A stretch of 32,000 nucleotides of DNA from Acinetobacter sp. MD2 (GCF_035615575.1 NZ_VTDK01000005.1:1-32000), one strand, 5' to 3'; positions 18,554-28,447 are shown, numbered from the stretch's first letter. Translations and numbers: made by a program. The notes: generated by a model from the sequence alone, not told the origin.

Positions 18554-19003
18554 ATGAGCAAAATATTTTTATTATTGATGGGCATATTTATTGGTTTTTT
18601 GATGGGGAGAAGCTCAGTCAAACAAGTCAAAGAGCAAGAACCCAAAAAACCAACTAGACGTGCATTCACGTATAGCCAAAGGCAATACTTAAAAGTGATG
18701 TATGCATCGGATGCAGATCGAATCAGAGAGCTAAATCTTTTATCGGCAAATGACAGCATTTTTTTAAGATTGCTAAAGCAAGAATTCTCGAATAAAGATG
18801 TCGTAGTAAAAGACAAACGATTCTTTATTGTTGATGGTGAGAAATTTCCAATAGCGATTTTTGAATACAGAGATGGAGTGCAAGGGATGAGAACAATGAC
18901 CATCGAAGATGGTTTACCTTTGTTTTTATACAAAGGCATACTTTCAAGCGAAAAGATACGTGAAGATGCAAAGCTCATTGATGAGCAGTATCTACGCAAA
19001 TAA
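18554..19003 (+). CDS. Orphan membrane-anchored protein of unknown function (prophage accessory gene)
   Basis: N-terminal TM IFLLLMGIFIGFLMG, then a K/E/D-rich 120-aa domain. Purine-rich first codon positions favour this strand over the antisense 184-aa ORF. Several AGA/ATA codons. Confidence 0.55.
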   Translation: MSKIFLLLMGIFIGFLMGRSSVKQVKEQEPKKPTRRAFTYSQRQYLKVMYASDADRIRELNLLSANDSIFLRLLKQEFSNKDVVVKDKRFFIVDGEKFPIAIFEYRDGVQGMRTMTIEDGLPLFLYKGILSSEKIREDAKLIDEQYLRK

Positions 19004-19027
19004 GTATTCTCTTTCATAAAAAGCCCC

Positions 19028-19121
19028 TTGATTTTTTACTCCATGAACTTTATGTTCAGGAGTAATAAATACCCCAAATGGATAATTATCCTTTTGGGTA
19101 AATTAATACTCCATTTGGGGT
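19028..19121 (+). promoter_or_regulatory. Putative promoter and operator region of the prophage XRE regulator
   Basis: TTGATT (19028-19033), 17 nt, TATGTT (19051-19056). Inverted repeat 19036-19065 overlaps the promoter. A perfect 12-bp inverted repeat accccaaatgga (19071-19082) / tccatttggggt (19110-19121) has a third related copy, ccttttggg, at 19090. Confidence 0.4.
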
Positions 19122-19139
19122 AAGTCAAGAGGTGAGAAT

Positions 19140-19436
19140 ATGTGCAAAGAGTTGGTTGATCTAATAGATCGTGCAAGATGGAAACTAGGAAGCTACAAAA
19201 ACGTAGCTGAAAAAATGGGAATTAGTGCAGGAAGATTATCTGATTTTAAACATGGAACACGTGTGCCGTCGACACTAAATATTTGTCAACTTGCTGATAT
19301 TGCGGAATTAAATGTTGCAGAAACGCTATTCCAAATAATGGAAAAGCTCGACATTGAAAATGCCGAGCTTTACCGAATGTGGCGTCCCTACGGGGATTCG
19401 AACCCCGGTTACCGCCGTGAAAGGGCGATGTCCTAG
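19140..19436 (+). CDS. XRE/Cro-CI-type helix-turn-helix regulator of the prophage. Its 3' end is read from the tRNA-Glu att core.
   Basis: GAGGTGA Shine-Dalgarno. HTH segment ..YKNVAEKMGISAGRLSDFKHGTRVPS... The last 19 codons (WRPYGDSNPGYRRERAMS*) lie antisense inside the tRNA gene. Confidence 0.7.
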   Translation: MCKELVDLIDRARWKLGSYKNVAEKMGISAGRLSDFKHGTRVPSTLNICQLADIAELNVAETLFQIMEKLDIENAELYRMWRPYGDSNPGYRRERAMS

Positions 19437-19455
19437 GCCTCTAGACGATAGGGAC
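19380..19455 (-). tRNA. tRNA-Glu (anticodon UUC), copy 1, the integration target
   Basis: The reverse complement GTCCCTATCGTCTAGAGGCCTAGGACATCGCCCTTTCACGGCGGTAACCGGGGTTCGAATCCCCGTAGGGACGCCA folds as a 76-nt cloverleaf. Anticodon loop is CTTTCAC, and it is close to E. coli tRNA-Glu. Confidence 0.95.
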
Positions 19456-19481
19456 TTCTAGAGTCTTCTGAAAAAATTAAG

Positions 19482-19557
19482 TGGCGTCCCTACGGGGATT
19501 CGAACCCCGGTTACCGCCGTGAAAGGGCGATGTCCTAGGCCTCTAGACGATAGGGAC
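19482..19557 (-). tRNA. tRNA-Glu (UUC), copy 2, identical to copy 1 with a 26-bp spacer
   Basis: Identical 76-nt sequence read directly. Confidence 0.95.
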
Positions 19558-19575
19558 ACATCAGAAGTTGGGCGT

Positions 19576-19604
19576 ATATTAGGGTGAATTGAAAAAACTG
19601 TCAA
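19576..19604 (-). promoter_or_regulatory. Sigma70-type promoter of the tandem tRNA-Glu operon
   Basis: On the minus strand, TTGACA (19604-19599), a 17-nt spacer and TAATAT (19581-19576). A GC-rich discriminator (cgccc) follows, an AT-rich UP-like tract lies upstream, and the tRNA 5' end is at 19557. Confidence 0.6.
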
Positions 19605-19718
19605 ACACTTTTTATAGAAAAAAGCAGTTTTTTCAATTGATTGTTTAAAAAATAGTAAATTTAACTTAAAAAAATCTTTTTTGATGAAAGTACCATCAAA
19701 TTTAATAGGTTGTAAATT

Positions 19719-20645
19719 TTATATAGGTATTAGGCTGTGTGAATTTATAGGAAAATTTAACCCGGGATGTTGATCTAAAATACAACGAATAACTTGAGGG
19801 TGTTGTAAATACCCAATAATTTCATGCGGTTTATCAATAAAGGTGTTAATGAGATGATTCTGCACCGCAGGCTCGAAGTTAAAAAGAGGTGCTTGCATGG
19901 GAAAGGTGGTGAGATAGTCATCTTGTGCAAAGAAATTATACCAATCGCCTGTTAATGCTTTTGGTCGTTGCACCGCATGATCAAGATGTCGTTGTACTAC
20001 ATTAAAAGGTAGTGGCGATGCGAGGGTAATAAAGCGCTCGATTTGATAATGTTGCTGTAATTCTTGCAGAACATTGTAGGAAATGACGGTGCCTAGTGAG
20101 TGTGCAATGACAATATGCTTTTGGTTAGGCTCAAAACAGGCGTGAATGCGTTCATGCACTTGCTGTTTAAACAGTGGATCATACCAATACAAATAAGCTT
20201 CAGAAATAAATTTCTCGACGAGAGACTCGTGTAAATTTGGAAAGTGATTGAGTAAAATCACCATTTCTTTTAAAACACGATCTTTGGCCAATTGCGAGAG
20301 CAAGAAGAATTTGTTTTTAAGTGAATAAGGTTGATCTTGCGCATAATGTGGCAATAATGGAATTTCAAAGGCTTTTTGCAGACTTTGGCGATGATGTTCG
20401 CGAAATTTTGGCAGTTTGTTAAAAAAAGCCCAGTTAGGCAGCATGGTATTAATATCAAGTGCATTTTTATGGTTATGTTGAGTCAGAATGTCGCCATAAA
20501 AAGGAAAAGACAATTTCAAAGCATCGACATCAACGGCTAAATTATTTTTTTCTAGCCCCAAGTTGAAAACTTCTCGCCAATGTTGCTCAAAGCTGTTTGC
20601 ATCTAAATTTTGTTGATTGATGCCATGAATAAAAATAATTTTCAT
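19719..20645 (-). CDS. Alpha/beta-fold serine hydrolase (lipase/esterase-like), function unknown
   Basis: N-terminal MKIIFIHGIN (oxyanion region) and nucleophile elbow VIAHSLGT (GxSxG type). 308 aa. Confidence 0.6.
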   Translation of the reverse strand: MKIIFIHGINQQNLDANSFEQHWREVFNLGLEKNNLAVDVDALKLSFPFYGDILTQHNHKNALDINTMLPNWAFFNKLPKFREHHRQSLQKAFEIPLLPHYAQDQPYSLKNKFFLLSQLAKDRVLKEMVILLNHFPNLHESLVEKFISEAYLYWYDPLFKQQVHERIHACFEPNQKHIVIAHSLGTVISYNVLQELQQHYQIERFITLASPLPFNVVQRHLDHAVQRPKALTGDWYNFFAQDDYLTTFPMQAPLFNFEPAVQNHLINTFIDKPHEIIGYLQHPQVIRCILDQHPGLNFPINSHSLIPI

Positions 20646-20700
20646 CTTATTTTAACGTGCTGCCATTGTATTCCATTGAGCATTTAGTATAGGTCGATAT

Positions 20701-20730
20701 AAAAAAAGTGTAGCATTTAGCTACACTTTT
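20701..20730 (-). terminator. Rho-independent terminator after the amino-acid permease gene
   Basis: Stem agtgtagc/gctacact with a 5-nt loop, flanked by A7 and T4. On the minus strand the hairpin is followed by T7. Confidence 0.6.
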
Positions 20731-20755
20731 ATAATAAAAAACAGATGTCTAGCAA

Positions 20756-22177
20756 TTAATGGTTTTGTTTGCGGTAAAATAAGTAGTGACTTAAATAACA
20801 CAGTGCAATAAAAGCTAAGCAGCTATAAAAGCCAGGTAGCATTGAGCTGTCTTGGGTCATACTAATGCCTGTAATTACGCAGAATACAAAACCTAAAATT
20901 GGCGTGAGTGGAAACAGGGGGGCTGCAAAGCGTAAGTCGGATACTTTATGCCCCGACTTATACCACTGGCGACGGAAACTAAATTGGCAGATACAAATTG
21001 CAGTCCATACAATCACCATGGTAAATGCGGCCACACCTAACAAGTTTTTGAAGATGGTTTCAGGTGCGAATTGTTCTGAAAGTAACCCTGGAAGTGCGCC
21101 AAACATCGTGACAATAATGGCAACAATCGGCGTGCCTGATTGAGTTAATTTCGAGAAAACACGTGGTAATTGTTTTTTAGCAGATAAAGACCACATCATG
21201 CGCGACGCTGCATATAAGCCTGAATTGGCAGCCGATAACAATGCAGTAATAATCACAAAACGGATAATATCTTCTGCATATGGAATACCGATATAACCAA
21301 ATACAGTCACAAATGGGCTGCTACTGACGTGACTTGCGCTTAAACCTGCTTGTTGATATGGCAGTAAGGCGCTAATGACCACAATCGTTCCAACAAAGAA
21401 AATAAGCAAACGCCAAATTGCTGCATTAATCGCTTTGGGTACATTATGTGCTGGATTTTCAGTTTCTCCCGCGGCAACACCAATCAATTCTGTGCCTGAG
21501 AAGGCAAAGTTTACAATCAGCATGGTCGAGAAAATAGGGAGTAGCCCTTGTGGGAACCAGCCTTGAGCAGTGAGATTGTGGAACAGTGGTGCTTGGTGTG
21601 CGCCATGCATTGGAATTAAACCAAAAATGGCAATCAGTCCAAGCAAAATAAAGCTAATGACTGTCACGACTTTGACCAATGCAAGCCAAAATTCAGATTC
21701 GGCAAACATGCGAGTTGAACCAATGTTTAAACCAAAAACCAAGGCTGCAAAAATGACGGTCCAAATCCACATCGACACATGTGGGAACCATTCTTGCATG
21801 AGCAGTGCTGCCGCAGTAAATTCAGTACCAAGCGTTGCCGTCCAAGTGAGCCAATAGACCCAAGTAATCATATAGCCTGTGCCTGGCCCAATGTATTGAT
21901 TGGCATATTCGCCAAAAGAGCCTGAAACAGGCATGTGTACAGCAAGTTCACCTAAGCAGAGCATGACCATATAAGCAATCAGTCCGCCAAGGAAATAAGA
22001 AATAATGGCACCTACAGGCCCCGTTTGTGCAATGACTTCACCCGAACCTAAAAATAGGCCTGTGCCAATGGCACCACCTAGTGACAACATCACCAAGTGT
22101 CGGGTACTCATAGCGCGTTTAAGTGGCGCAGAATTGCCCTGATGCGAAGCATCATTCGGAGAGTGAGATGGCTGCAT
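20756..22177 (-). CDS. lysP: APC-family amino-acid permease, LysP-like (lysine-specific permease candidate)
   Basis: 12-TM protein. ..RHLVMLSLGGAIGTGLFLGSG.., ..LGELAVHMPVSGSF.. and ..FSGTELIGVAAGETENP.. closely parallel E. coli LysP as I recall it. Substrate is inferred. Confidence 0.7.
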   Translation of the reverse strand: MQPSHSPNDASHQGNSAPLKRAMSTRHLVMLSLGGAIGTGLFLGSGEVIAQTGPVGAIISYFLGGLIAYMVMLCLGELAVHMPVSGSFGEYANQYIGPGTGYMITWVYWLTWTATLGTEFTAAALLMQEWFPHVSMWIWTVIFAALVFGLNIGSTRMFAESEFWLALVKVVTVISFILLGLIAIFGLIPMHGAHQAPLFHNLTAQGWFPQGLLPIFSTMLIVNFAFSGTELIGVAAGETENPAHNVPKAINAAIWRLLIFFVGTIVVISALLPYQQAGLSASHVSSSPFVTVFGYIGIPYAEDIIRFVIITALLSAANSGLYAASRMMWSLSAKKQLPRVFSKLTQSGTPIVAIIVTMFGALPGLLSEQFAPETIFKNLLGVAAFTMVIVWTAICICQFSFRRQWYKSGHKVSDLRFAAPLFPLTPILGFVFCVITGISMTQDSSMLPGFYSCLAFIALCYLSHYLFYRKQNH

Positions 22178-22332
22178 AAAATTAGTAAATACAGGAAATG
22201 AAGCGGGCTATTGTAGAGAAAACCAATAAATGTGCAATAGTGAACTTAATTTGGCTATATTCATCACTGCTGTTGAAAAATGCTACATTAGCAAAAGTTT
22301 TTGATATCACTTAAATTTGGATAAAAATTAAA

Positions 22333-23235
22333 ATGCTGAGTTTATTATTTACTTCATTGGCCCCCATTTTGTTGGCTTTGGTTTTAGGTTGGGGATTCGG
22401 AAAATTTGCTGCTACATCGCTCAAGCAAAAATTGATTGGTAGTATTACCTATTTAGTGTGGCTGTTGTTGGTCGCGATAGGTTTTCAGTTTGCCGAAGTG
22501 CTTGCGAATCCTAAAATTGGTGTATCGGTATTGTGGCATGCTTTCTTGTATGCATCGATATTATCAGGCATCACCTTTTTATGTTTGTATCGAAACACAG
22601 CACAGCAGTCAACCGCATGTCTCGCAACACGTAGTTTAAAAGACCTGTTAAGCCCAATTAAAGAATGCATCATTGCCATGTTGATGGTGGTGCTTGGGGT
22701 GGTGTTGTATGTGCTATTGAATCATAAAATTTCGACAGGGCATTTATCGAGTAATTTATTATATGTGCTGATCTTTTTAATTGGTGTGGATTTATCGACT
22801 GTACAATTGCAAAGTTTAACTAAACGCCATTTTAGTGTGCCTGTGGTGGCGGTTGTTGCAATGCTGATTTCAGCAGGGATTTTATCATTACTTAGCCATT
22901 ATTCTTTCTTAACGTTAATGATGGTTGGCAGTGGTTTTGGTTGGTTTAGTTTATCGGGCTCATTGATTGCGACTTTGACCAATCCTGAATTGGGTAGTTT
23001 TGCACTTTTAACTGATTTAATGCGTGAATTTTATGCAATTGCTTTGTTGTATTTGTTGGGACAGCGGATGCCATATCCTGTGATTGGTGTATGCGGTGCA
23101 ACTTCAATGGATTCGACTTTACCGTTTGTGAAAAAGAACTGTTCACAATTAGAGGTACAGGTTGCAATTTTTAGTGGTTTTGTATTGACGCTGATTGCAC
23201 CATTTTTGATTGTGCTATTTGCATCGTTTCAATGA
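22333..23235 (+). CDS. lysO: LysO/YbjE-family lysine exporter
   Basis: 300-aa polytopic membrane protein. Motifs GSGFGWFSLSG and CGATSMDSTLP match the YbjE motifs ASGFGWYSLSG and CGATSMDFTLP (recalled). Confidence 0.75.
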   Translation: MLSLLFTSLAPILLALVLGWGFGKFAATSLKQKLIGSITYLVWLLLVAIGFQFAEVLANPKIGVSVLWHAFLYASILSGITFLCLYRNTAQQSTACLATRSLKDLLSPIKECIIAMLMVVLGVVLYVLLNHKISTGHLSSNLLYVLIFLIGVDLSTVQLQSLTKRHFSVPVVAVVAMLISAGILSLLSHYSFLTLMMVGSGFGWFSLSGSLIATLTNPELGSFALLTDLMREFYAIALLYLLGQRMPYPVIGVCGATSMDSTLPFVKKNCSQLEVQVAIFSGFVLTLIAPFLIVLFASFQ

Positions 23236-23249
23236 ATATTGAAAATAGA

Positions 23250-23325
23250 TGGCGTCCCTACGGGGATTCGAACCCCGGTTACCGCCGTGAAAGGGCGATG
23301 TCCTAGGCCTCTAGACGATAGGGAC
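23250..23325 (-). tRNA. tRNA-Glu (UUC), copy 3, identical to copies 1 and 2
   Basis: Identical 76-nt sequence, located 20 nt downstream of the rnt stop on the same strand. Confidence 0.95.
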
Positions 23326-23345
23326 GCTGCGAGGATGGCGGTATC

Positions 23346-24005
23346 TTATTGATCCGCCGTCATCGTGTCAAGTAGGTTGGGTGCGAGTTTGTTCAAAATA
23401 TAGCAAAACAGTTCCGCAGTCTTTTGTGTGTCGTATAAAGCAGAGTGTGCTTCTTTACCATCAAAATCAATGCCTGCCTGAATACATGATTTGGCTAATA
23501 CCGTTTGACCAAACATAACTGCGCTTAAAGTTACGGTATCAAATACCGAAAAACTATGGAACGGACTTTGATTTTTGGTGCCTGTACGTGCGACAGCAGC
23601 TTGTAAAAAGCCTAAGTCGAAGTGGGCATTGTGTCCAACAAGTACAGCATGGGTACATTCTTGTTCACGGCGAATTGCAGTCAGTTCTTTAAAAATACGC
23701 TTTAATGCCGATTTTTCATCTTCTGCCATTGCCATGCGCATAGGATTGAATGGATCAATACCAATAAAATCTAAAGAGCGGCGGTCTAAATTTGCCCCTT
23801 CAAACGGATTAATATGCGCATGTAACGCTTTCCCCGGTACAAATTCACCTTGTTCGTTGTATAAAATAGGGATACAGGCAATTTCAAGCAGTGCATCGGT
23901 TTTGGCGTTAAAGCCTGCTGTTTCAACATCGACAACAATCGGCAAAAAACCACGAAAACGTTGACCGATAATGGGTGCAGTTATATCTGTCACACTTTTC
24001 TCCAT
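23346..24005 (-). CDS. rnt: Ribonuclease T (DEDDh exoribonuclease)
   Basis: ..[28 protein letters not shown].., ..VGHNAHFD.. and ..AHSALYDT.. are nearly colinear with E. coli RNase T. Confidence 0.92.
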   Translation of the reverse strand: MEKSVTDITAPIIGQRFRGFLPIVVDVETAGFNAKTDALLEIACIPILYNEQGEFVPGKALHAHINPFEGANLDRRSLDFIGIDPFNPMRMAMAEDEKSALKRIFKELTAIRREQECTHAVLVGHNAHFDLGFLQAAVARTGTKNQSPFHSFSVFDTVTLSAVMFGQTVLAKSCIQAGIDFDGKEAHSALYDTQKTAELFCYILNKLAPNLLDTMTADQ

Positions 24006-25024
24006 TGAATGGTTTTACCTGCATAAAGCGGAATAATTTTCTGATTATCTAAATAATCAAAACTTTCGGGGATGATTTGGTCTTCTTTTACCAAGGTAAT
24101 GGTATTGGTATTACGTGGCAGACCATAAAAATCTGCACCAAAATGACTTGCAAAGCCTTCTAAACGCTCAATTTTTCCCACTTGGTCAAATGCTTGTGCA
24201 TAAAGTTCAATGGCGGTTGGTGCGCTATAACAACCTGCACAGCCACAAGCATTTTCTTTAGCATCTTGGGCATGTGGTGCGCTATCTGTACCTAAGAAAA
24301 ACTTAGGGTTGCCACTGGTTGCCACTTCAAGTAAGGTTTGCTGATGAGTTTGGCGCTTTAAAATAGGTAAGCAATAGAAATGCGGTTTCACGCCACCGAC
24401 TAACATGTCATTACGGTTAAATAATAAATGTTGTGGCGTGATGGTGGCAGCGACATGACGACCTTGTTCTAACACAAAATGTGCGGCTTCACTGGTGGTG
24501 ATGTGCTCAAGTACCAATTTTAAGTCAGGGAATTGTTTTAAAAGCGGTGCTAACACGTCATCTAAAAAGCGTTTTTCACGATCGAAGATATCGACATGTG
24601 AATGTGTCACTTCGCCATGAAGTAGTAATGGTACTTGATACTTTTCAAGTTGCTCAATCACCGCATAAACTTTGCGAATATCACTCACACCGTTGTCTGA
24701 ATTGGTGGTTGCACCGGCAGGATACAGTTTGATGGCATTCACATGTGCAGAATCTTTAATTTTTTTGACCTCACTTGGCGAGGTGTGGTCGGTAAAATAC
24801 AACACCATGCGCGGGTCAAAGGCAATCCCTTCAGGGATATGCGCGAGAATTCGTTCACGATACGCTTCAGCCTCAGCAACCGTTTTAACCGGTGGCACCA
24901 AATTTGGCATACAAATCGCACGGTGGAATTGTTTGGCTAAGTCAGGAACGGTACGTTTAAGTGCAAGACCATCACGTAAATGTGCGTGCCAATCATCTGG
25001 CTGAATGAGGGTGATTGTATTCAA
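23990..25024 (-). CDS. pyrC: Dihydroorotase (class II, homodimeric type)
   Basis: ..[11 protein letters not shown].., ..[13 protein letters not shown].., ..LLHGEV.. and ..LGTDSAPH.. motifs. 344 aa. Confidence 0.92.
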   Translation of the reverse strand: MNTITLIQPDDWHAHLRDGLALKRTVPDLAKQFHRAICMPNLVPPVKTVAEAEAYRERILAHIPEGIAFDPRMVLYFTDHTSPSEVKKIKDSAHVNAIKLYPAGATTNSDNGVSDIRKVYAVIEQLEKYQVPLLLHGEVTHSHVDIFDREKRFLDDVLAPLLKQFPDLKLVLEHITTSEAAHFVLEQGRHVAATITPQHLLFNRNDMLVGGVKPHFYCLPILKRQTHQQTLLEVATSGNPKFFLGTDSAPHAQDAKENACGCAGCYSAPTAIELYAQAFDQVGKIERLEGFASHFGADFYGLPRNTNTITLVKEDQIIPESFDYLDNQKIIPLYAGKTIQWRKV

Positions 25025-25130
25025 GGGAATTCAAACTGAAAATAAAGCAAATGATAAAGCATTTAGGTCAGAATGATAATCCGAGATTCAGATAATTGTT
25101 GTAATTCGGATGAGATATTAGATTTGGCAT

Positions 25131-25160
25131 AAAAAACCAACATCGAAATGTTGGTTTTTT
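25131..25160 (-). terminator. Rho-independent terminator after argG, preceded by a second hairpin at 25164-25190
   Basis: aaaaaaccaacat-cgaa-atgttggtttttt, and on the minus strand the stem is followed by T6. The upstream 10-bp stem is tttcttacac/gtgtaagaaa. Confidence 0.7.
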
Positions 25161-25201
25161 AGTTTTCTTACACAATAGACGTGTAAGAAATTGAATTTAT
25201 C

Positions 25202-26599
<1,398 letters not shown>

Positions 26600-27014
26600 T
26601 TAAACGCTTTATTGTAGCACTATCATTCTCATTTTTTTGCGAAAAGTAAGCCACGTGCGAAATTTAATTAAAATTTTAATCGGTCAAAATTTTATGACAT
26701 CAATTTAACCATTTCATTTTTTAAAAATTAAGCTGTGTTGTGCAAGCCAAAAATGTATGCCTACGCTGTTACTGTGCTTGAAGATTGCCAAAACTTAAAA
26801 ACGCATTAAGATATAAAAAATATAAATTTGTTGGTTTTAGCTTTATTTTTATTAAAATGATAATCGATTTAAAGTATTAAAAAATATGCGTTATTTAAAT
26901 AAAAACGTATTCTTTTGTTTTCTTATTAAGCTAATTTAAGTTTGGGTTAAGCTTTCTGCCGTCATTACATTTTATGCTTTGGGTGAAAAATGGACAGAAG
27001 ATAGGGAGCATCAG

Positions 27015-28325
27015 ATGGTGCAAGCTCAAGCGGAGCAACAAAGTACATCTCGAGTACGGGCAATTTTTAATGTTACTAGTGGTAACTTCCTAGAGCAATA
27101 TGATTTCTTTTTATTTGGTTTGTATGCCAAATTTATTGGAGAAACTTTTTTTAAGTCTGAAAGTGCTTATGCTGCGTTAATTAAAACATTTCTGATTTTC
27201 GCAGTGAGTTTTTTAATGCGTCCAATTGGCGCTTTGGTACTAGGCCCCTATGTAGATCGAATTGGGCGGCGCAAAGGTTTAATGTTGACCTTAACCATTA
27301 TGGCATTTGGTTCTGTGGTCATTGCATTTACCCCAGGTTATGAAACTATTGGGATTGCCGCAGCGGTTTTAATTTTTGTTGGTCGATTGGCGCAAGGATT
27401 CTCGGCAGGTGTAGAGCTTGGCGGCGTGTCGGTTTATCTGTCTGAAATTGCAGATGAACATAACAAGGGGTTTATTACTAGTTGGCAGTCTGCTAGTCAG
27501 CAAGTGGCTGTTATTTTTGCAGCATTACTTGGTTTTGGGATTCATCAAATTTTTACCGAACAGCAAGTTTCGGCATGGGCATGGCGAATTCCTTTTATTG
27601 TGGGCTGTTTAATTATTCCCGCAATTTTTTACTTGCGTGGTAATTTACAAGAAACGGAGGATTTCGCTTCACGTAAGCATCATCCAACCACCAAAGAAAT
27701 TTTATCGACATTGGCAAAAAATTGGAAAATTGTGATTGCAGGTATGCTCATGGTGGCAACCACAACCACCATGTTCTATTTTATTACCGTTTACACTCCA
27801 ACGTATGGCAAGGAAATTTTGCATTTAACCAGCACGCAAAGTTTGATTGCGACTATTTTTGTTGGTGCAAGTAATTTTATTTTCTTACCAATAGGCGGCA
27901 TATTGGCAGATAAATTTGGTCGTAAAGTCATTTTATTGAGCATGACCATTTTAATTTTATTTAGTGCCTATCCGTTACTCAATTGGTTAACTCACGATAT
28001 TAGTTTGGCACATATGCTAGTCGTACTTTTTGTGTTGTCGGTTCTATATAGCTTTTATAACGGTGCTTTGGTGGTGACACTTACCGAAATTATGCCAAAA
28101 ACTGTGCGTACAGCAGGATTTTCAGTGGCATATAGCTTAGCAACTTCGGTGTTTGGTGGTTTAACGCCAGTTATCTCTACTTATATTGTTGAACAAACTG
28201 GCAGCCAAAGCGCTCCTGCATTTTGGTTAATGACAGCGGCTGTGGTGAGTCTAATTGCGACCTCTTATGTATTTATGGTCGCCAAAATGCACGTTGTGCC
28301 TAAAGCAGCTGCTGTGGAATTGTAA
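27015..28325 (+). CDS. MFS metabolite:H+ symporter, citrate/tricarballylate (CitA/TcuC-like) type
   Basis: ..[15 protein letters not shown].., ..[13 protein letters not shown].., ..[24 protein letters not shown].. and ..[11 protein letters not shown].. closely parallel Klebsiella CitA as recalled. ATG at 27015 follows AGGGAG. The track start is a TTG at 26979. Confidence 0.8.
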   Translation: MVQAQAEQQSTSRVRAIFNVTSGNFLEQYDFFLFGLYAKFIGETFFKSESAYAALIKTFLIFAVSFLMRPIGALVLGPYVDRIGRRKGLMLTLTIMAFGSVVIAFTPGYETIGIAAAVLIFVGRLAQGFSAGVELGGVSVYLSEIADEHNKGFITSWQSASQQVAVIFAALLGFGIHQIFTEQQVSAWAWRIPFIVGCLIIPAIFYLRGNLQETEDFASRKHHPTTKEILSTLAKNWKIVIAGMLMVATTTTMFYFITVYTPTYGKEILHLTSTQSLIATIFVGASNFIFLPIGGILADKFGRKVILLSMTILILFSAYPLLNWLTHDISLAHMLVVLFVLSVLYSFYNGALVVTLTEIMPKTVRTAGFSVAYSLATSVFGGLTPVISTYIVEQTGSQSAPAFWLMTAAVVSLIATSYVFMVAKMHVVPKAAAVEL

Positions 28326-28447
28326 GTTTAGATCCTCATTTGAAATTATTCTTTAATTGAGATGCTTTAAAGTTGTGTAAATTTAAATCATAAATTGATT
28401 TTTTGGTGAAACAATATGCAGTTGTTTGTTTTTGATTGAAATATTAC

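Larger units (their letters stand above)
11275..19425. mobile_element. Integrated filamentous (Inoviridae-like) prophage of about 8.1 kb, flanked by 46-bp direct repeats of the tRNA-Glu 3' part
   Basis: Direct repeats at 11275-11321 and 19380-19425. Contents are an integrase, a Zot/pI-like ATPase, pVI/pIII/pVIII-like ORFs, a Rep_trans-like initiator and an XRE regulator. All morphogenesis and replication genes are tightly packed on one strand. Confidence 0.88.

Noticed and set aside
18463-19017. 184-aa minus-strand ORF antisense to the 149-aa gene. It has an AGGGG-like RBS and would make the whole phage unidirectional.
   Set aside because: It is Ser/Phe/Cys/Leu-rich with T-rich first codon positions, typical of the antisense of a K/E/D-rich gene. 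It also reads through the GC-hairpin control region. I cannot exclude it without expression data.
22178-22332. Lysine riboswitch upstream of lysP or lysO
   Set aside because: The 155-bp region is shorter than a typical L-box. I could not find its conserved helices or the AGAGGCGC-type core by eye. A covariance-model scan is needed to be sure.
23575-25004. Several 60-130-aa ORFs antisense to rnt and pyrC (23575..23964, 24547..24732, 24672..25004, 24739..24921, 24743..24940)
   Set aside because: All are embedded in strongly supported housekeeping genes and lack motifs. They are shadow ORFs.
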